From the NCBI RefSeq assembly GCF_963921235.1, contig NC_086098.1, positions 5,270,001-5,334,000 on the forward strand: a stretch of 64,000 nt of DNA, read 5' to 3'. The DNA comes from Mobula hypostoma. Lineage: Eukaryota. Under the pieces are notes generated by a model. The model did not search any database. It was not told the origin of the DNA and saw nothing but the letters and a program-made list of their open reading frames with translations. The position numbers and the translations under genes are program-made. Shown here one piece after another: positions 63,610-64,000 of this stretch (within the stretch, counting starts at the first letter, position 1; each line of letters opens with the position of its first letter).

Positions 63610-64000
63610 ACAACCCCAGGATTTCTCAGTCCTGATGGAAGGTTATTAATCTGAAAAATTAAATACATTTCTCTTCACAGATGGTGACTTTGAGTATTCC
63701 AGTAGTTTTGGTTTCTGTCAGATTTCTGGAATCTTTCGTTTTCGTCTACATGAGAGATTATTGCTACTAAATTTTGTCCCACTTCCCACATCACTTTATT
63801 CAGAAATGTGAACCCACTTAACTGTTAGTATCTGTAGTCATAGTGTGTTCGCTCAAGTTGATTATGCTGCCTTCCTAAGGGGTTATTCCCTTCATGGAGG
63901 ACACCTGTGCATGACTTTGTTTAACGTGGGGAGGTTGATGCTCGGGCAGCCACCTCACGGTCCTTGACTGATCGTGGTCAGGGTTCAGTGGAATAGTGTG

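Overview
Repeat-dense vertebrate genomic DNA, most likely from a cartilaginous fish (ray or shark). This is inferred from CR1 LINEs with (TTTCTATG)n tails, HE1/V-type SINEs, abundant Penelope-like elements (PLEs) and Rex1. No intact host protein-coding gene is evident. Main contents: (1) a CpG-island promoter with a probable non-coding first exon reading leftward (minus strand) at about 2.2 kb; (2) a decayed Gypsy LTR retrotransposon (2702-11039, AGTA TSD) with PNMA-type gag, a GGGAAAC plus pseudoknot -1 frameshift signal, and a solo LTR inserted in its YLDD motif; (3) many CR1 copies, including a young one with esterase ORF1 and a frameshift-free ORF2; (4) PLE fragments and palindromic PLE-end elements carrying minimal hammerhead ribozymes; (5) hAT Buster/Charlie transposons, one expanded to about 8.2 kb by nested insertions; (6) a 23-bp minisatellite; (7) dispersed minus-strand exon-like segments with canonical splice sites and premature stops, suggesting a large decayed multi-exon gene (tentatively CCDC162-like, unverified). 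Coordinates were read by eye, and boundaries of old repeats are approximate.
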